The notes beneath the pieces are model-generated. The model ran no database searches and was not told the origin of the DNA. It saw nothing but the letters and a program-made list of their open reading frames with translations. Of a stretch of DNA of 64,000 nt, positions 6,764 through 16,789 are shown piece by piece. The first letter of the stretch is position 1. Every line of letters starts with the position of its first letter. The DNA is taken from positions 25,862-89,861 of IMG/VR virus record IMGVR_UViG_3300007965_000002, one strand, 5' to 3'. Source of the DNA: a virus (lineage: Duplodnaviria; Caudoviricetes). The translations under genes were made by a program, and so were the position numbers.

Positions 6764-7249
6764 ATGTCTACCCAAGATAAACTAGTAGAGTATGATGACG
6801 CGTTGCTCCCAGAGACTATTAGTCCCCAGGGATTATTAATTGCAGACACATACCTAACCAATGGCCAAGATGCTAAGAAAACAGCTCTAGCTTTAAAGAT
6901 TGATGAACAAGAAGTTCGTAGATTATTAAGAACACCAGAAGTCCGTTCGTATACTAACGCAGTATTCATGGAGACAGGCTTCAGAAATAGACACCGCATG
7001 TTTGGTGCCTTAGACGAGATTATTAACCGTAAGTTAGAAGAAATGGAAGAAACTGGTACTACTACAGATGCAGATATTTTAGAACTAATGGTTAAGTATC
7101 ATAACATGAAAATGGCAGAGATGAAAATGGAAAAGGAACTACACGAAGCTAAGTCCCCTACCATAGGTCGTCAGAATAACGTACAAGTTAACCTTAATGG
7201 CGGCAGCAACTACGACAATCTTCTAGCCTCCCTAGCCAAAGGAAATTAA
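6764..7249 (+). CDS. terS: Terminase small subunit
   Basis: ISPQGLLIADTYL, VFMETGFRNR resemble T5 TerS; directly upstream of TerL. Confidence 0.85.
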   Translation: MSTQDKLVEYDDALLPETISPQGLLIADTYLTNGQDAKKTALALKIDEQEVRRLLRTPEVRSYTNAVFMETGFRNRHRMFGALDEIINRKLEEMEETGTTTDADILELMVKYHNMKMAEMKMEKELHEAKSPTIGRQNNVQVNLNGGSNYDNLLASLAKGN

Positions 7250-8557
7250 ATGGAACTCTCTAGAGATTTTATTTCACGTACTAGCATAACCAACTACCCT
7301 GTCGGGGAAAGATTTTTCAAATTGCCTGTCGAAAATATGATGTTGCAGGAAGGAATTATCCCCAACGAGCCACAAATAGCTATCATTAATGCGTTGAACG
7401 ATCCTAACATACGCTTCGTGGTCGGCTGCGTTTCTAGGCGTGTCGGAAAATCTTTCATCGCCTATACTTTAGGATTCTTAAAAGCTTTAGAGCCTAATGT
7501 AAAAGTACTAGTTGTGTGCCCCAACTACTCGCTAGCGAATATTGGTTGGACACATATCAAAGGACTTATACGTAAGTATGGTTTAGAAACAGAGAAAGAA
7601 AACGCCAAGGATAAAGAGATTGAGTTATCTAATGGTACTCTTATTAAACTAGCTTCTGCTGGTAATGCTGACTCCGCTGTTGGTCGTTCTTACGACTTTA
7701 TTATATTTGACGAAGCGGCTATCTCACCTAAGGGTGGGGATGCTTTCTCAATTCAGTTACGCCCTACACTTGATAAACCTAACTCTAAAGCTTTGTTTAT
7801 TTCAACACCTCGAGGTGCTAACTGGTTCCAAGAGTTCTACCGTCGTGGGTTTAGTAGTGATCCCTTGTTATCTAAGTGGTGTTCATTACATGGTACTTAC
7901 CGTGATAACCCTCGTGCTAGTAAGGAAGATATTGATGAAGCACGTGCTAATAATAGCCCTGCATTCTTTAAACAAGAATACGAAGCTGACTTTGCAACGT
8001 TTGAGGGTCAAATTTACGAATCATTCGATTACGAGGAACATGTATTCAATGATGAGGACTTATATGGCCGCTTAATGGTTTCGGAAGATTGTGAGGGTAT
8101 CCTAGGTATTGACCCAGGTTATCGTGACCCAACTGCCATGACAGGTATTAAGTATGATGACGAATCTGACTGCTACTATATTCTAGATGAGTATGAAGAA
8201 GCAGGTGCTCAGACTTCTGTTCACGCTAAGTTTATTAGACAGTTCGAAGATAGATTTGATCCTCACTATATATTCGTTGACTCGGCGGCTGCTCAGTTTA
8301 TTGCTGACTTAGCTTACGATTATGATATATCTAGTGCGAAAGCTAATAAAGCTCAGTCCGAGGGGATTGGACACTTAGCATCATTAATACATGCAGGTAA
8401 GATAAAAGTATGGCATAAGTGTACTAAGACTATTAGTATGTTTATGAACTATAGATGGGATGATAAAGAAGGCTTAACTTCAGAACGTCCTTTACACAAT
8501 GAATACTCTCATATGGCAGATGCCGTGAGATACGCAATTTATACACACAATAGATAA
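7250..8557 (+). CDS. terL: Terminase large subunit
   Basis: SRRVGKS Walker A, FIIFDEAA Walker B, ISTPRG, GIDPG and HMADA nuclease motifs. Confidence 0.97.
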   Translation: MELSRDFISRTSITNYPVGERFFKLPVENMMLQEGIIPNEPQIAIINALNDPNIRFVVGCVSRRVGKSFIAYTLGFLKALEPNVKVLVVCPNYSLANIGWTHIKGLIRKYGLETEKENAKDKEIELSNGTLIKLASAGNADSAVGRSYDFIIFDEAAISPKGGDAFSIQLRPTLDKPNSKALFISTPRGANWFQEFYRRGFSSDPLLSKWCSLHGTYRDNPRASKEDIDEARANNSPAFFKQEYEADFATFEGQIYESFDYEEHVFNDEDLYGRLMVSEDCEGILGIDPGYRDPTAMTGIKYDDESDCYYILDEYEEAGAQTSVHAKFIRQFEDRFDPHYIFVDSAAAQFIADLAYDYDISSAKANKAQSEGIGHLASLIHAGKIKVWHKCTKTISMFMNYRWDDKEGLTSERPLHNEYSHMADAVRYAIYTHNR

Positions 8558-8577
8558 TTCTTAGGAGAAATTATAAC

Positions 8578-8856
8578 ATGGCAGATACAATTAATGCAGT
8601 ACCAGTTTACGGTGACCAGTACTACTCATTGAATGCACTCACAGGCACGCCTGTGGGAACTGCAATAACAATACAAAATCAAGGAGACTCAGTGCTAGCC
8701 ATTAATGTTGGAGCTACTAAGCCTGCTGCTACTACTAAGGCTAGACGTTTAGTCCCTACAGATATAGGCTTTATTGCTTATATAGAAGCGGGCTCGTCAG
8801 AAGTCTGGGTTAAAGCTATTAATGGGGCTACTGACGCACATGTAGAGGTGGCTTAA
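8578..8856 (+). CDS. Hypothetical beta-rich (possible virion) protein
   Basis: 92-aa ORF, AGGAG RBS, overlaps the next start. Confidence 0.7.
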   Translation: MADTINAVPVYGDQYYSLNALTGTPVGTAITIQNQGDSVLAINVGATKPAATTKARRLVPTDIGFIAYIEAGSSEVWVKAINGATDAHVEVA

Positions 8857-9707
8857 TGAGTATACTAATTAGAGGTGGTGGTGTAGTACCTCCTCTTACT
8901 AACTTAGCACTTACTAGACTTAGTACCTATATTGCTCAACTACTAAGCTCAGGTCAATTATCCTTTACTTCTCAACCACAAAGTAAAGCAGTTGACCAGT
9001 ATTCCCTAGCTACCTTTAGTTGTGTTATTTTAGGGGGGGTAGGACCATATACTTATCAGTGGAAGAAGAATGGTATTAACGTAGGTACTAATAGTGATTC
9101 ACTATCTTTTGTAGCTGCTACTACGGATAAAAATGCATCGATTACGGTTACTGTGACTGATAGTGTTGGCACTATAATTACTTCTAGTGCCGCAATTTTA
9201 GGTGTGACGAGTTATGTATACCAATTAGACGGTGTGGCTCAATACCACAAGTTGAGCAACCAAATACCTTTTGATGCCAATACAGTAATAAAGATTAAAT
9301 TTTTAGGTGTGCCGTCTTTTTTTGGGGCGTATCGAAAGTTTATAGAGTCAGCAGATTATGCAACGAGAGTTGACTCTAATGCTTCTGGAAACACATTTAG
9401 ACTTAATAGCTGTACCGCTAAACTTGATGGTATAGCTATATCAACAGGAACAGCAATACCGACTTCAGGGTGGCATACATTAGAAATAACTCCAACATCT
9501 ACCAGCTCATTGGCTACAATAGGAAGTCGTGGATCTGGAGAATTATCAATATGGGGATTATTTGGATTTGAAGTAATTAAATCAGGAGTTATATCTAATA
9601 ATATACCATTAAATAATAAATCTGCTGGTGCTAACCAGCTTGCTACTGCTGGAAGCATCAACGCTACGATAGTTAATTATAATCCAGCGGGGTGGGTAGC
9701 ATTATGA
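8856..9707 (+). CDS. Ig-like plus lectin/LamG-like domain protein, probable virion surface protein
   Basis: GGVGPYTYQWKKNG...VTVTDS Ig signature; C-terminal beta-sandwich with GWHTLEI. Confidence 0.7.
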   Translation: MSILIRGGGVVPPLTNLALTRLSTYIAQLLSSGQLSFTSQPQSKAVDQYSLATFSCVILGGVGPYTYQWKKNGINVGTNSDSLSFVAATTDKNASITVTVTDSVGTIITSSAAILGVTSYVYQLDGVAQYHKLSNQIPFDANTVIKIKFLGVPSFFGAYRKFIESADYATRVDSNASGNTFRLNSCTAKLDGIAISTGTAIPTSGWHTLEITPTSTSSLATIGSRGSGELSIWGLFGFEVIKSGVISNNIPLNNKSAGANQLATAGSINATIVNYNPAGWVAL

Positions 9708-9985
9708 TACAATTAGATACTTGGGTTAATTCTGGTATGTATATATTTGTTATATTATCTGAGGAGGGTTATCAGGCTAATGAGATAGCTAAGACAACTT
9801 GGCCTAGTGCAGCTATATATGGCGACTATCGATTAGTTAATTTTCATAAAGATAACGTAGAGGAGTTTATAGCACAATTAGACTCCCTAGGTTATACTCC
9901 TACGTATGGTTTAGGAGGAAATACTCCTATGCTAGTTACTTGGGAAGAGGCTAAAGAATTTACTGCACAATATAATATTGAGTGA
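9692..9985 (+). CDS. Hypothetical protein
   Basis: 97-aa ORF coupled to the upstream gene. Confidence 0.6.
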   Translation: MGSIMIQLDTWVNSGMYIFVILSEEGYQANEIAKTTWPSAAIYGDYRLVNFHKDNVEEFIAQLDSLGYTPTYGLGGNTPMLVTWEEAKEFTAQYNIE

Positions 9986-10002
9986 TTTAATACTTGTAAA
10001 AG

Positions 10003-10036
10003 TACAACCATACTAGTTAGTTCTGGTATGGTTGTA
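10003..10036 (+). terminator. Hairpin after the three-gene insertion
   Basis: TACAACCATAC...GTATGGTTGTA inverted repeat. Confidence 0.55.
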
Positions 10037-10103
10037 TTATAAATATTACTTTACAAATCTAAATATTACTTTATAATAGATTCTAAGTTAGAGGAACAAA
10101 TAC

Positions 10104-10565
10104 ATGGCAACAAACACTAGAAGTGTTATCAAGTGGATTAGGGACTTAGCTAAAAGCCATTATGCAAAAGATACAAAATGTGCAATATGTGGTGTGGAAC
10201 ACGAACTGGAGTTCCATCACTATAATACGGTTTCCTTGACCGTTAACAACTACGTCAAACAACACGGAATATCTGTGGATACTAAAGAAGATATTCTTGC
10301 TATGCGAGAACCATTTTTAAAAGAGAAGTGGCGTGAGATGGTTGAGGAAGCTGTAACCCTTTGTGCTAGTCATCATAAGTTACTGCATAAATTATATGGT
10401 AAAGAGCCTGCTCTAAATACCGCAAAAAAACAAGAAATCTGGGTTGAGCGTCAAAGAGAAAAAGTAGCTAGTGGAACCGAGGGTGCTTTAATAGTATCAC
10501 TACCCTCTAGTCTAACCCAATTTTGTACCGATTCACAACCACTAAGTAATTTCATAACGAGGTAA
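10104..10565 (+). CDS. HNH endonuclease (T5 nicking-endonuclease position)
   Basis: CAICG...EFHH...VTLCASHHKLLH; immediately upstream of portal; TTTACA-17-TATAAT promoter upstream. Confidence 0.85.
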   Translation: MATNTRSVIKWIRDLAKSHYAKDTKCAICGVEHELEFHHYNTVSLTVNNYVKQHGISVDTKEDILAMREPFLKEKWREMVEEAVTLCASHHKLLHKLYGKEPALNTAKKQEIWVERQREKVASGTEGALIVSLPSSLTQFCTDSQPLSNFITR

Positions 10566-10567
10566 TA

Positions 10568-11776
10568 ATGGGACTTTGGCACTCAATAGTAGAGAAACTA
10601 AATCCATCACAAGAAAGAATAAAAAATAGTGATCCCGGTGGTAAACGTACTACTAGTGATCCTTATACCATATCACAAGCTTACCGTGAGGTAGAGTTTG
10701 TAAACAGAGCGGTTAACATGTTTGTTGATTCTTGCTCTGAAGTTACATATGACGTAAAGGAAAAACATGCTGGTGTAATATCGCATGGTACGGGTGTACG
10801 AAAGGATCAACTACAAAAACTTTTAAATGTTCAACCAAATCCATATATGGATGTAAACTTATTCCGTCGCCTAGTCTTTATGGACTTAATTATGGAAGGA
10901 GCAGCCTACATCTTCTGGGACGGCGCAGGTTTATACCCGCTACCAGCATCCCAGATGGAAGTAGTTATGGACAAGAAAAAGTTTATTAATAAGTTTGTAT
11001 TTGCTGGTAAGGATGATTATCGTCCAGACCAAATTATCTTTATTAAAGATAACGCATACTATGCAAATACAGTTATGACTAGCGGATATAGTCGTCTAGC
11101 TTCTTCACTAGCTAGTATCAAACGTCTACGTAAGTTAGCAACCTTTAAAGAAAAGTTCTATGATAATGGAGCTGTACTTGGTTTAGTTATTGAAACTGAC
11201 CAATTATTAAGTAAAAAACATAAACAACGTTACGAAGAAGAAACTTCTATTAGGTATAATCCTAGTACAGGTAAATCTAGCGTACTAGTTTTAGATGGTG
11301 GGTTTAAGGCAAAGTCGGTATCAAATACTAGTTTCCGTGATATGGGGACTAAGGAAGATCAGGATGATTTACGTGTGTCTATAGCAACAGCTATTGGTAT
11401 ACCTCCTATATTATTTGACTCCGGTAATAATGCTAATATCAGACCTAACCTAGATTTATTTTACTCTATGACTGTAATGCCTACACTACGTAAGGCAGAG
11501 GCTGCGATAGAGTTCTTCTTCGGTTATGATGTTAAGCTAATGACAGAAGATGTTATGGCTCTAGCACCAGATAAGAAGATTCAAGCAGACTATGTTAGTG
11601 CACTTGTTAATAACGGTATTATTACTGGTAATGAGGGTCGCGGAATGCTACGTCTAGTTGAACTAACAGACGAGGAAATGACTAAGATCAGAATACCTCA
11701 GAATATTGCAGGCTCAGGAACTGGAGTTACTGGACAAACCGGTGGTAAACCACCCGCAAAAGAGGAAAAGAAATAA
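10568..11776 (+). CDS. pb7: Portal protein (HK97-type, T5 pb7)
   Basis: 402 aa, PNPYM, GIPPIL, GIITGNEGR motifs; synteny. Confidence 0.95.
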   Translation: MGLWHSIVEKLNPSQERIKNSDPGGKRTTSDPYTISQAYREVEFVNRAVNMFVDSCSEVTYDVKEKHAGVISHGTGVRKDQLQKLLNVQPNPYMDVNLFRRLVFMDLIMEGAAYIFWDGAGLYPLPASQMEVVMDKKKFINKFVFAGKDDYRPDQIIFIKDNAYYANTVMTSGYSRLASSLASIKRLRKLATFKEKFYDNGAVLGLVIETDQLLSKKHKQRYEEETSIRYNPSTGKSSVLVLDGGFKAKSVSNTSFRDMGTKEDQDDLRVSIATAIGIPPILFDSGNNANIRPNLDLFYSMTVMPTLRKAEAAIEFFFGYDVKLMTEDVMALAPDKKIQADYVSALVNNGIITGNEGRGMLRLVELTDEEMTKIRIPQNIAGSGTGVTGQTGGKPPAKEEKK

Positions 11777-13198
11777 ATGATTGAAACATGGCCTAATGAG
11801 ATAATGGAAGAGTTATTACAGATATTTAATGGTACTATACCTGAGAGCCATATATTCTATGCACATAGTGGTACCCCTACAAGAGCACAGTTATATGATT
11901 TTATAAAGAGATATAAACAAGGCGACCTTGAGAACCGTAAAGAACTTGATTTATGGAAGGACTTCTTAAATGTTTATACCTACTATGTAGCTAATAGAAA
12001 GTTTAATAGTCTTAATCTAAGTGAGTTACGTACTAACAGTGGTTATGATACATATTTAGCTTCATTAAGTGATTTAATTAATAATACTGGTAGTACATAT
12101 GTTACTGATATTCAAGTAAATGCTATAGCAGAAGATATTGCTCTAGGTACTTTGGATTTAAACGCTTATAATTTTATTATTAAACAAATAGTACCAGGAC
12201 CACTACAGACTAGTGGTTACTGGGTAGCTGGTACACTTTCTGGGGATGGCGATACACTAATAAGTGCTCGTAGGTATAACTCTACTGCGGCTATAAGCCG
12301 AGATTCTGGACTTAATTGGTCTGAGTTTACTGTCCCAGGTGCTACTAATAAAACTTATAAATTTATTACTAATTTTGATGGTAATACTATTATAGCACTA
12401 GATACAGGTATTAGTGAGGATATAGTAAATTACTCTATAGATGGTGGTCTAAATTGGATTACATTACCTGCCTTACCCACAGGTACGGCAGCATTAGTAT
12501 CTGGCTTTAATAGTGGTTGGGTATCTGATGATAGTAGTATTATTAGACTAATCTCTGCTACTGGTGAGTTTTTACTTGAGTACTCAAGTGGTTCTTGGAG
12601 TACTTTAACAAATCCATATACACAAACAGCTGTTGTATTTAGCGAGTATGCTTCACTAAATAATCCTATAATTCTTAATAATGTTGAGGGTGATACCTGT
12701 ATTATAATAAACGATAATAAGATATTTATTAGTAAAGATGGTTGTAGAAACTGGTCACTACAGGAAATACAATTTAGCGGGTACTGGTCTAGTGCAAGCA
12801 TGTCGCATAATACTAATAGTATAGTGATATGTGATGGTAACGATGCTGCTCATATAGTTTCTTATGATGGTGGTGCTACATGGAATAATTTAGTTCTACC
12901 TACTGATTTACTTTCTGATTATTTACAAGTAAATATATCATATGACGGTAAGCAGTTATTCGGATTTGTCCAAGGCTCTAATAACGAAGCTGTATTAGGT
13001 TACTCTCCAGATAGAGGAGCTACTTGGACTAGAAATGTATTAAGTACAGCTGGTGTAGGAGAGTTTCTACAGTGGCAAGACTTAGGTAATAATGGTGTTA
13101 CTTATGTATTAGCAGCTAGAAATACAACTAGTACCCTTAGAACTGGAGATTCAGGCCAAAATTGGCATCTCAGTAGCACTGTAGGAGCAGTATTATAA
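11777..13198 (+). CDS. Capsid decoration-like protein: pb10-type N-terminal anchor fused to an Asp-box (BNR) beta-propeller
   Basis: IFNGTIPESHIFYA resembles the T5 pb10 N-domain; six SxDxGxxW-type boxes. Confidence 0.7.
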   Translation: MIETWPNEIMEELLQIFNGTIPESHIFYAHSGTPTRAQLYDFIKRYKQGDLENRKELDLWKDFLNVYTYYVANRKFNSLNLSELRTNSGYDTYLASLSDLINNTGSTYVTDIQVNAIAEDIALGTLDLNAYNFIIKQIVPGPLQTSGYWVAGTLSGDGDTLISARRYNSTAAISRDSGLNWSEFTVPGATNKTYKFITNFDGNTIIALDTGISEDIVNYSIDGGLNWITLPALPTGTAALVSGFNSGWVSDDSSIIRLISATGEFLLEYSSGSWSTLTNPYTQTAVVFSEYASLNNPIILNNVEGDTCIIINDNKIFISKDGCRNWSLQEIQFSGYWSSASMSHNTNSIVICDGNDAAHIVSYDGGATWNNLVLPTDLLSDYLQVNISYDGKQLFGFVQGSNNEAVLGYSPDRGATWTRNVLSTAGVGEFLQWQDLGNNGVTYVLAARNTTSTLRTGDSGQNWHLSSTVGAVL

Positions 13199-13422
13199 TG
13201 ATTGATAAACTATTTAAAACTTTTGGGGATACACTACCTGAGCGCCATGTATTCTTTGCATCGGAGGGAGCACCTACACGTGCTCTTCTTTTCAAGGAGT
13301 TTGGTAGCTGGGTATCATTTAATAATGAGTATTACCGTTATGTAGCTGTACAGAAAGCTTTGGCAGCTTCTAAAACTAAAAATGTAGCTGTAAAAGCTAA
13401 AGGAGCTACTAATGCAAAATAA
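13198..13422 (+). CDS. pb10: Stand-alone pb10-type capsid decoration anchor domain
   Basis: TFGDTLPERHVFFA similar to T5 pb10 IFGEKLPESHIFFA; pb10 locus between portal and protease. Confidence 0.65.
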   Translation: MIDKLFKTFGDTLPERHVFFASEGAPTRALLFKEFGSWVSFNNEYYRYVAVQKALAASKTKNVAVKAKGATNAK

Positions 13423-13987
13423 CCCTGAAATTACTGCGTATATTAAATCAGTATCTTTAACTGAAGATACTGGTGATATTATTATACGTGGATATGCAAA
13501 TACAGTTACCAAGGATAGAGCTGGGGATGTTATTCCTACTGAAACTTGGAAATCTAGTAATGCATTAACAAACTACATGAAGAATCCAATTCTTCTTGCA
13601 TTCCATGACCATAAACTACCTATTGGCGAAGTAACAGAATTGAATATTACACCAGAGGGATTGGAAGTAGTCGCTAGAGTTGTTAAGTCAGCACCTGCTA
13701 GTGTATATGGACTAATCAAGGATGGTATATTAAAAGCTTTCAGTGTTGGTTTCCGAATCTTAGATGCGGATTACGAACATGAGAAAGGTATTTTCTTAAT
13801 AAAAGACTTAGAACTACTAGAACTTTCAGTAGTATCAGTACCTTGTAACCAAGATTCTATCTTTAGTCTAGAAAAAACCTTATGTATGAAAGACTATATA
13901 GAACTAAAGCAAAAGTTCATTAAATCTGAACCTGAGCCTTTAAACGAGATTGAAAAACTTCTACTAATGTTAGGTTCCCTAGACTAA
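13412..13987 (+). CDS. pb11: Prohead maturation protease (HK97-type)
   Basis: FHDH, FSVGF, ELSVVSVPCN motifs. Confidence 0.95.
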   Translation: MQNNPEITAYIKSVSLTEDTGDIIIRGYANTVTKDRAGDVIPTETWKSSNALTNYMKNPILLAFHDHKLPIGEVTELNITPEGLEVVARVVKSAPASVYGLIKDGILKAFSVGFRILDADYEHEKGIFLIKDLELLELSVVSVPCNQDSIFSLEKTLCMKDYIELKQKFIKSEPEPLNEIEKLLLMLGSLD

Positions 13988-14090
13988 AATATAAAAGTTG
14001 GTTTACAAAACCTAACTATTTAGTATATAATAATTCTATCTTAAATTAAGACCAAATTTTTTACAACGATATAATCATAGGAGATTAATT

Positions 14091-15485
14091 GTGCCAAATT
14101 CATTAGATATTAACAAATTAAGAGATCAACTTGGTCTTACCGCAATCACTGACGCTCTAAAGCAAGTTAGTGACGAAAATGCTAAAACTCAGGCAGCTAA
14201 AGCTCTAGCAGCAAAAGCAGCAGAAGAAGAAGCTCGTGTAACTAAGTTAATCGAAGCGTCTACTGGAGAACAACGCGAAGCGTTGATCGCAGCAAACGAT
14301 ACAATCAAAGCTTTAGAAAGCAAACTTGATACAGGCAATACAGCATTCGCTAAAGCATTAGAACAAATGCAAGCAGAAGTTGTTGGCTATCAAGATCAAA
14401 TTAAACAAGTTTTAGCATCACGTGAAAACAACCACTCTTTCGTGGCTGGTGCAGTTGGTAAAGCTATGTTCGGTAACGACCAAGAAACTTTTGAAAAAGA
14501 AGTTGAAAATGTTGCTTTAGTAAGTTTCATTACTGAAAAAGGCATGTTCGAAACCAAATATGGTGAAGCTCACTTAAAAGCTGTTAACGCAAGTTCAAGC
14601 ATCCAAGTTTCTAGTGAAAACTACGAAACAATCTTTTCTCAACGTATTCTACGTGATATGCAGAAGTTAATGGTTGTTGGTAACATGTTCGAAGAATTAC
14701 CGATGACTAGTAAGTTACTTACTATGATGATCGAACCTGATTCACAAGTTGCAACATGGGTTGATTCTAGAACTTATGGTACTGACGCTACTACTGGTAA
14801 CGAAATTACAGCTGCTCTAGGTGAAACAACTTTCCGTACATTCAAACTAGCTAGTAAAGCTTACATGACTGATGAAACAGAAGAAGATGCTATCGTAGCA
14901 TTACTACCTATTATCCGTCGTCACTTAGTTGAATCACACGTTAAAGCTATCGAAATTGCTTTCATGAGTGGTACTGGTACTGGTCAACCTGCTGGTCTAC
15001 TAACTATGGCTGCTGCAGATTCTATGAAGAAAGCTACTTTAGCTACTCATACTGGTACTGTTAAAGTTACAGCTAAAATGATTCACGTGTTACGTCGTAA
15101 CATGGGTCAATACGGTTTAGATTTATCTAAACTAGCACTAGTAGTTTCAATGGACGCATACTTCGATCTTTTAGAAGATGAAGAATGGCAGGACGTTAAC
15201 CAAGTTGGTGCTGATAATTCGTTAAAGCTTCAAGGACAAGTTGGTCGTATCTACGGTCTAGCTGTTGTAGTTTCTAACTACTTCCCTGCAAAAGCTTTAG
15301 GTTCAGAATTCTGTGCTATCGTATATCGTGAGAACTTCGTTGTTCCTCGTCAACGCACAATTACTGTTGAACGCGAGCGTCAAGCTGGTAAGCAACGTGA
15401 TGCGTACTACGTTACACAACGTCTTAACCTACAACGTATGATTGCTGGTAAAGGTATTGTTACAGGTACTTACGCGGCTGCTTAA
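14091..15485 (+). CDS. pb8: Major capsid protein with N-terminal scaffolding delta domain
   Basis: 464 aa, coiled-coil N-terminus, HK97-fold motifs, T5 synteny; promoter at 14002-14031. Confidence 0.95.
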   Translation: MPNSLDINKLRDQLGLTAITDALKQVSDENAKTQAAKALAAKAAEEEARVTKLIEASTGEQREALIAANDTIKALESKLDTGNTAFAKALEQMQAEVVGYQDQIKQVLASRENNHSFVAGAVGKAMFGNDQETFEKEVENVALVSFITEKGMFETKYGEAHLKAVNASSSIQVSSENYETIFSQRILRDMQKLMVVGNMFEELPMTSKLLTMMIEPDSQVATWVDSRTYGTDATTGNEITAALGETTFRTFKLASKAYMTDETEEDAIVALLPIIRRHLVESHVKAIEIAFMSGTGTGQPAGLLTMAAADSMKKATLATHTGTVKVTAKMIHVLRRNMGQYGLDLSKLALVVSMDAYFDLLEDEEWQDVNQVGADNSLKLQGQVGRIYGLAVVVSNYFPAKALGSEFCAIVYRENFVVPRQRTITVERERQAGKQRDAYYVTQRLNLQRMIAGKGIVTGTYAAA

Positions 15486-15501
15486 TCGCATAACCCAAAT
15501 G

Positions 15502-15531
15502 AGGGCAGGGCTTCTAGCCTTGCCCTTTTTT
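15502..15531 (+). terminator. Terminator after MCP
   Basis: AGGGCAGGGC-ttcta-GCCTTGCCCT plus T6. Confidence 0.85.
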
Positions 15532-15545
15532 ATTGAGGAAAATAT

Positions 15546-16052
15546 ATGGCACAAATAATTAGTGTAGCGGACTTTAAAGCCGCTGAGGGTATTAATAGCC
15601 CCGATTCAGATGCTCAGATTACCACAATAGTAAATGGTGTTAACTCGTACTTATCTGATATATTAGACCTAGATAATACTTCTGATTATCTAGAAAAGGT
15701 AGAAACTACAGAGTCATTTTTCTTAGATACTCTAGATAGGGCTGCTGATATTATAGTTACTGATGTAGATGGAGTACCTCTTACTGGCTTAACAGGTAGT
15801 AGAGGTAGATATACATTAACTAATGATTATGTTGGTATTGTTAATTTTACATACTCAAATCATATCCCCCTGACTGGTGGGACTTATCCTGCAGATATTA
15901 TACTAGCAGCACATACGTTAGCTAGATACTACAAGCGAGAAGAATATAAAGCTAGTGCATCAGCTGCTGGCCAATCTATTAGCTTTGTAACCTTATCAAG
16001 TAATATACCAAAACATATATTGTCCTTAGTAGCGCACTATAGGCCACTATAA
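15546..16052 (+). CDS. Head completion protein (T5 p144-like)
   Basis: Size, position, YYKREEYK motif. Confidence 0.75.
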   Translation: MAQIISVADFKAAEGINSPDSDAQITTIVNGVNSYLSDILDLDNTSDYLEKVETTESFFLDTLDRAADIIVTDVDGVPLTGLTGSRGRYTLTNDYVGIVNFTYSNHIPLTGGTYPADIILAAHTLARYYKREEYKASASAAGQSISFVTLSSNIPKHILSLVAHYRPL

Positions 16053-16789
16053 TGTCTTTATCTAGTTTTGCAAAAGAGGTAGTTGATAAGCTGATTAATA
16101 AACTATACTCTAAAAATGATGATGGGACAATAAGCTATAGTCTAGAGATTAATAGTAGTAGGGCTGATCCCGACGTATTTACTACTAACTTTAAATTTAA
16201 GAAACCTATACCTGAAGCTGATCTAGAAAAGATTATGCCTGATTTTATAAATATCCTATCTACTAACCTATCCGCTAGACGCTTAGGTGTTATAGGTGCA
16301 ATACTAGGTAAAGCAGGTATAGACCCAGAAAGTATAGGTAAAAGTACTAAAGTTATGGGTTCCCTACCTATTAGGGGTACAGGTAAGGGCACTGAAAATA
16401 TAGGTTCTCTATTATCTATACGTACTAAGTCCGGTAGATTTATTGGTATAGAAGCTTTCAAAGGTTTAGTTAGCTTACTAATGAAACCTTATATAGTTAA
16501 AGATATGGTTAGTCCTTCTTTAGTATATAGAACTGGTAGATTTGTAGCTAGTACTTATGTTAGTAATGTACAGGTTTATAATAGTCCTAGTAGTTCATTA
16601 CCTATACTAGAAATAACTTTTGGGTACCAAATGTATCCATACCATACTTTTGATCCAGCAGGGCCGAATGGTTTAGGATTAGCTACTCCAGAAAGAAATC
16701 CTCGTAAGATTATAGGAGAAGCAATTACTAAGGTACTAGATGATTTAGTTTCTAGTAGGCAATATAATATAAGGATTAACCAATTATGA
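16052..16789 (+). CDS. Tail completion protein (T5 p143-like)
   Basis: YRTGRFVAS, YHTFDP, RNPRKIIG motifs; synteny. Confidence 0.75.
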   Translation: MSLSSFAKEVVDKLINKLYSKNDDGTISYSLEINSSRADPDVFTTNFKFKKPIPEADLEKIMPDFINILSTNLSARRLGVIGAILGKAGIDPESIGKSTKVMGSLPIRGTGKGTENIGSLLSIRTKSGRFIGIEAFKGLVSLLMKPYIVKDMVSPSLVYRTGRFVASTYVSNVQVYNSPSSSLPILEITFGYQMYPYHTFDPAGPNGLGLATPERNPRKIIGEAITKVLDDLVSSRQYNIRINQL

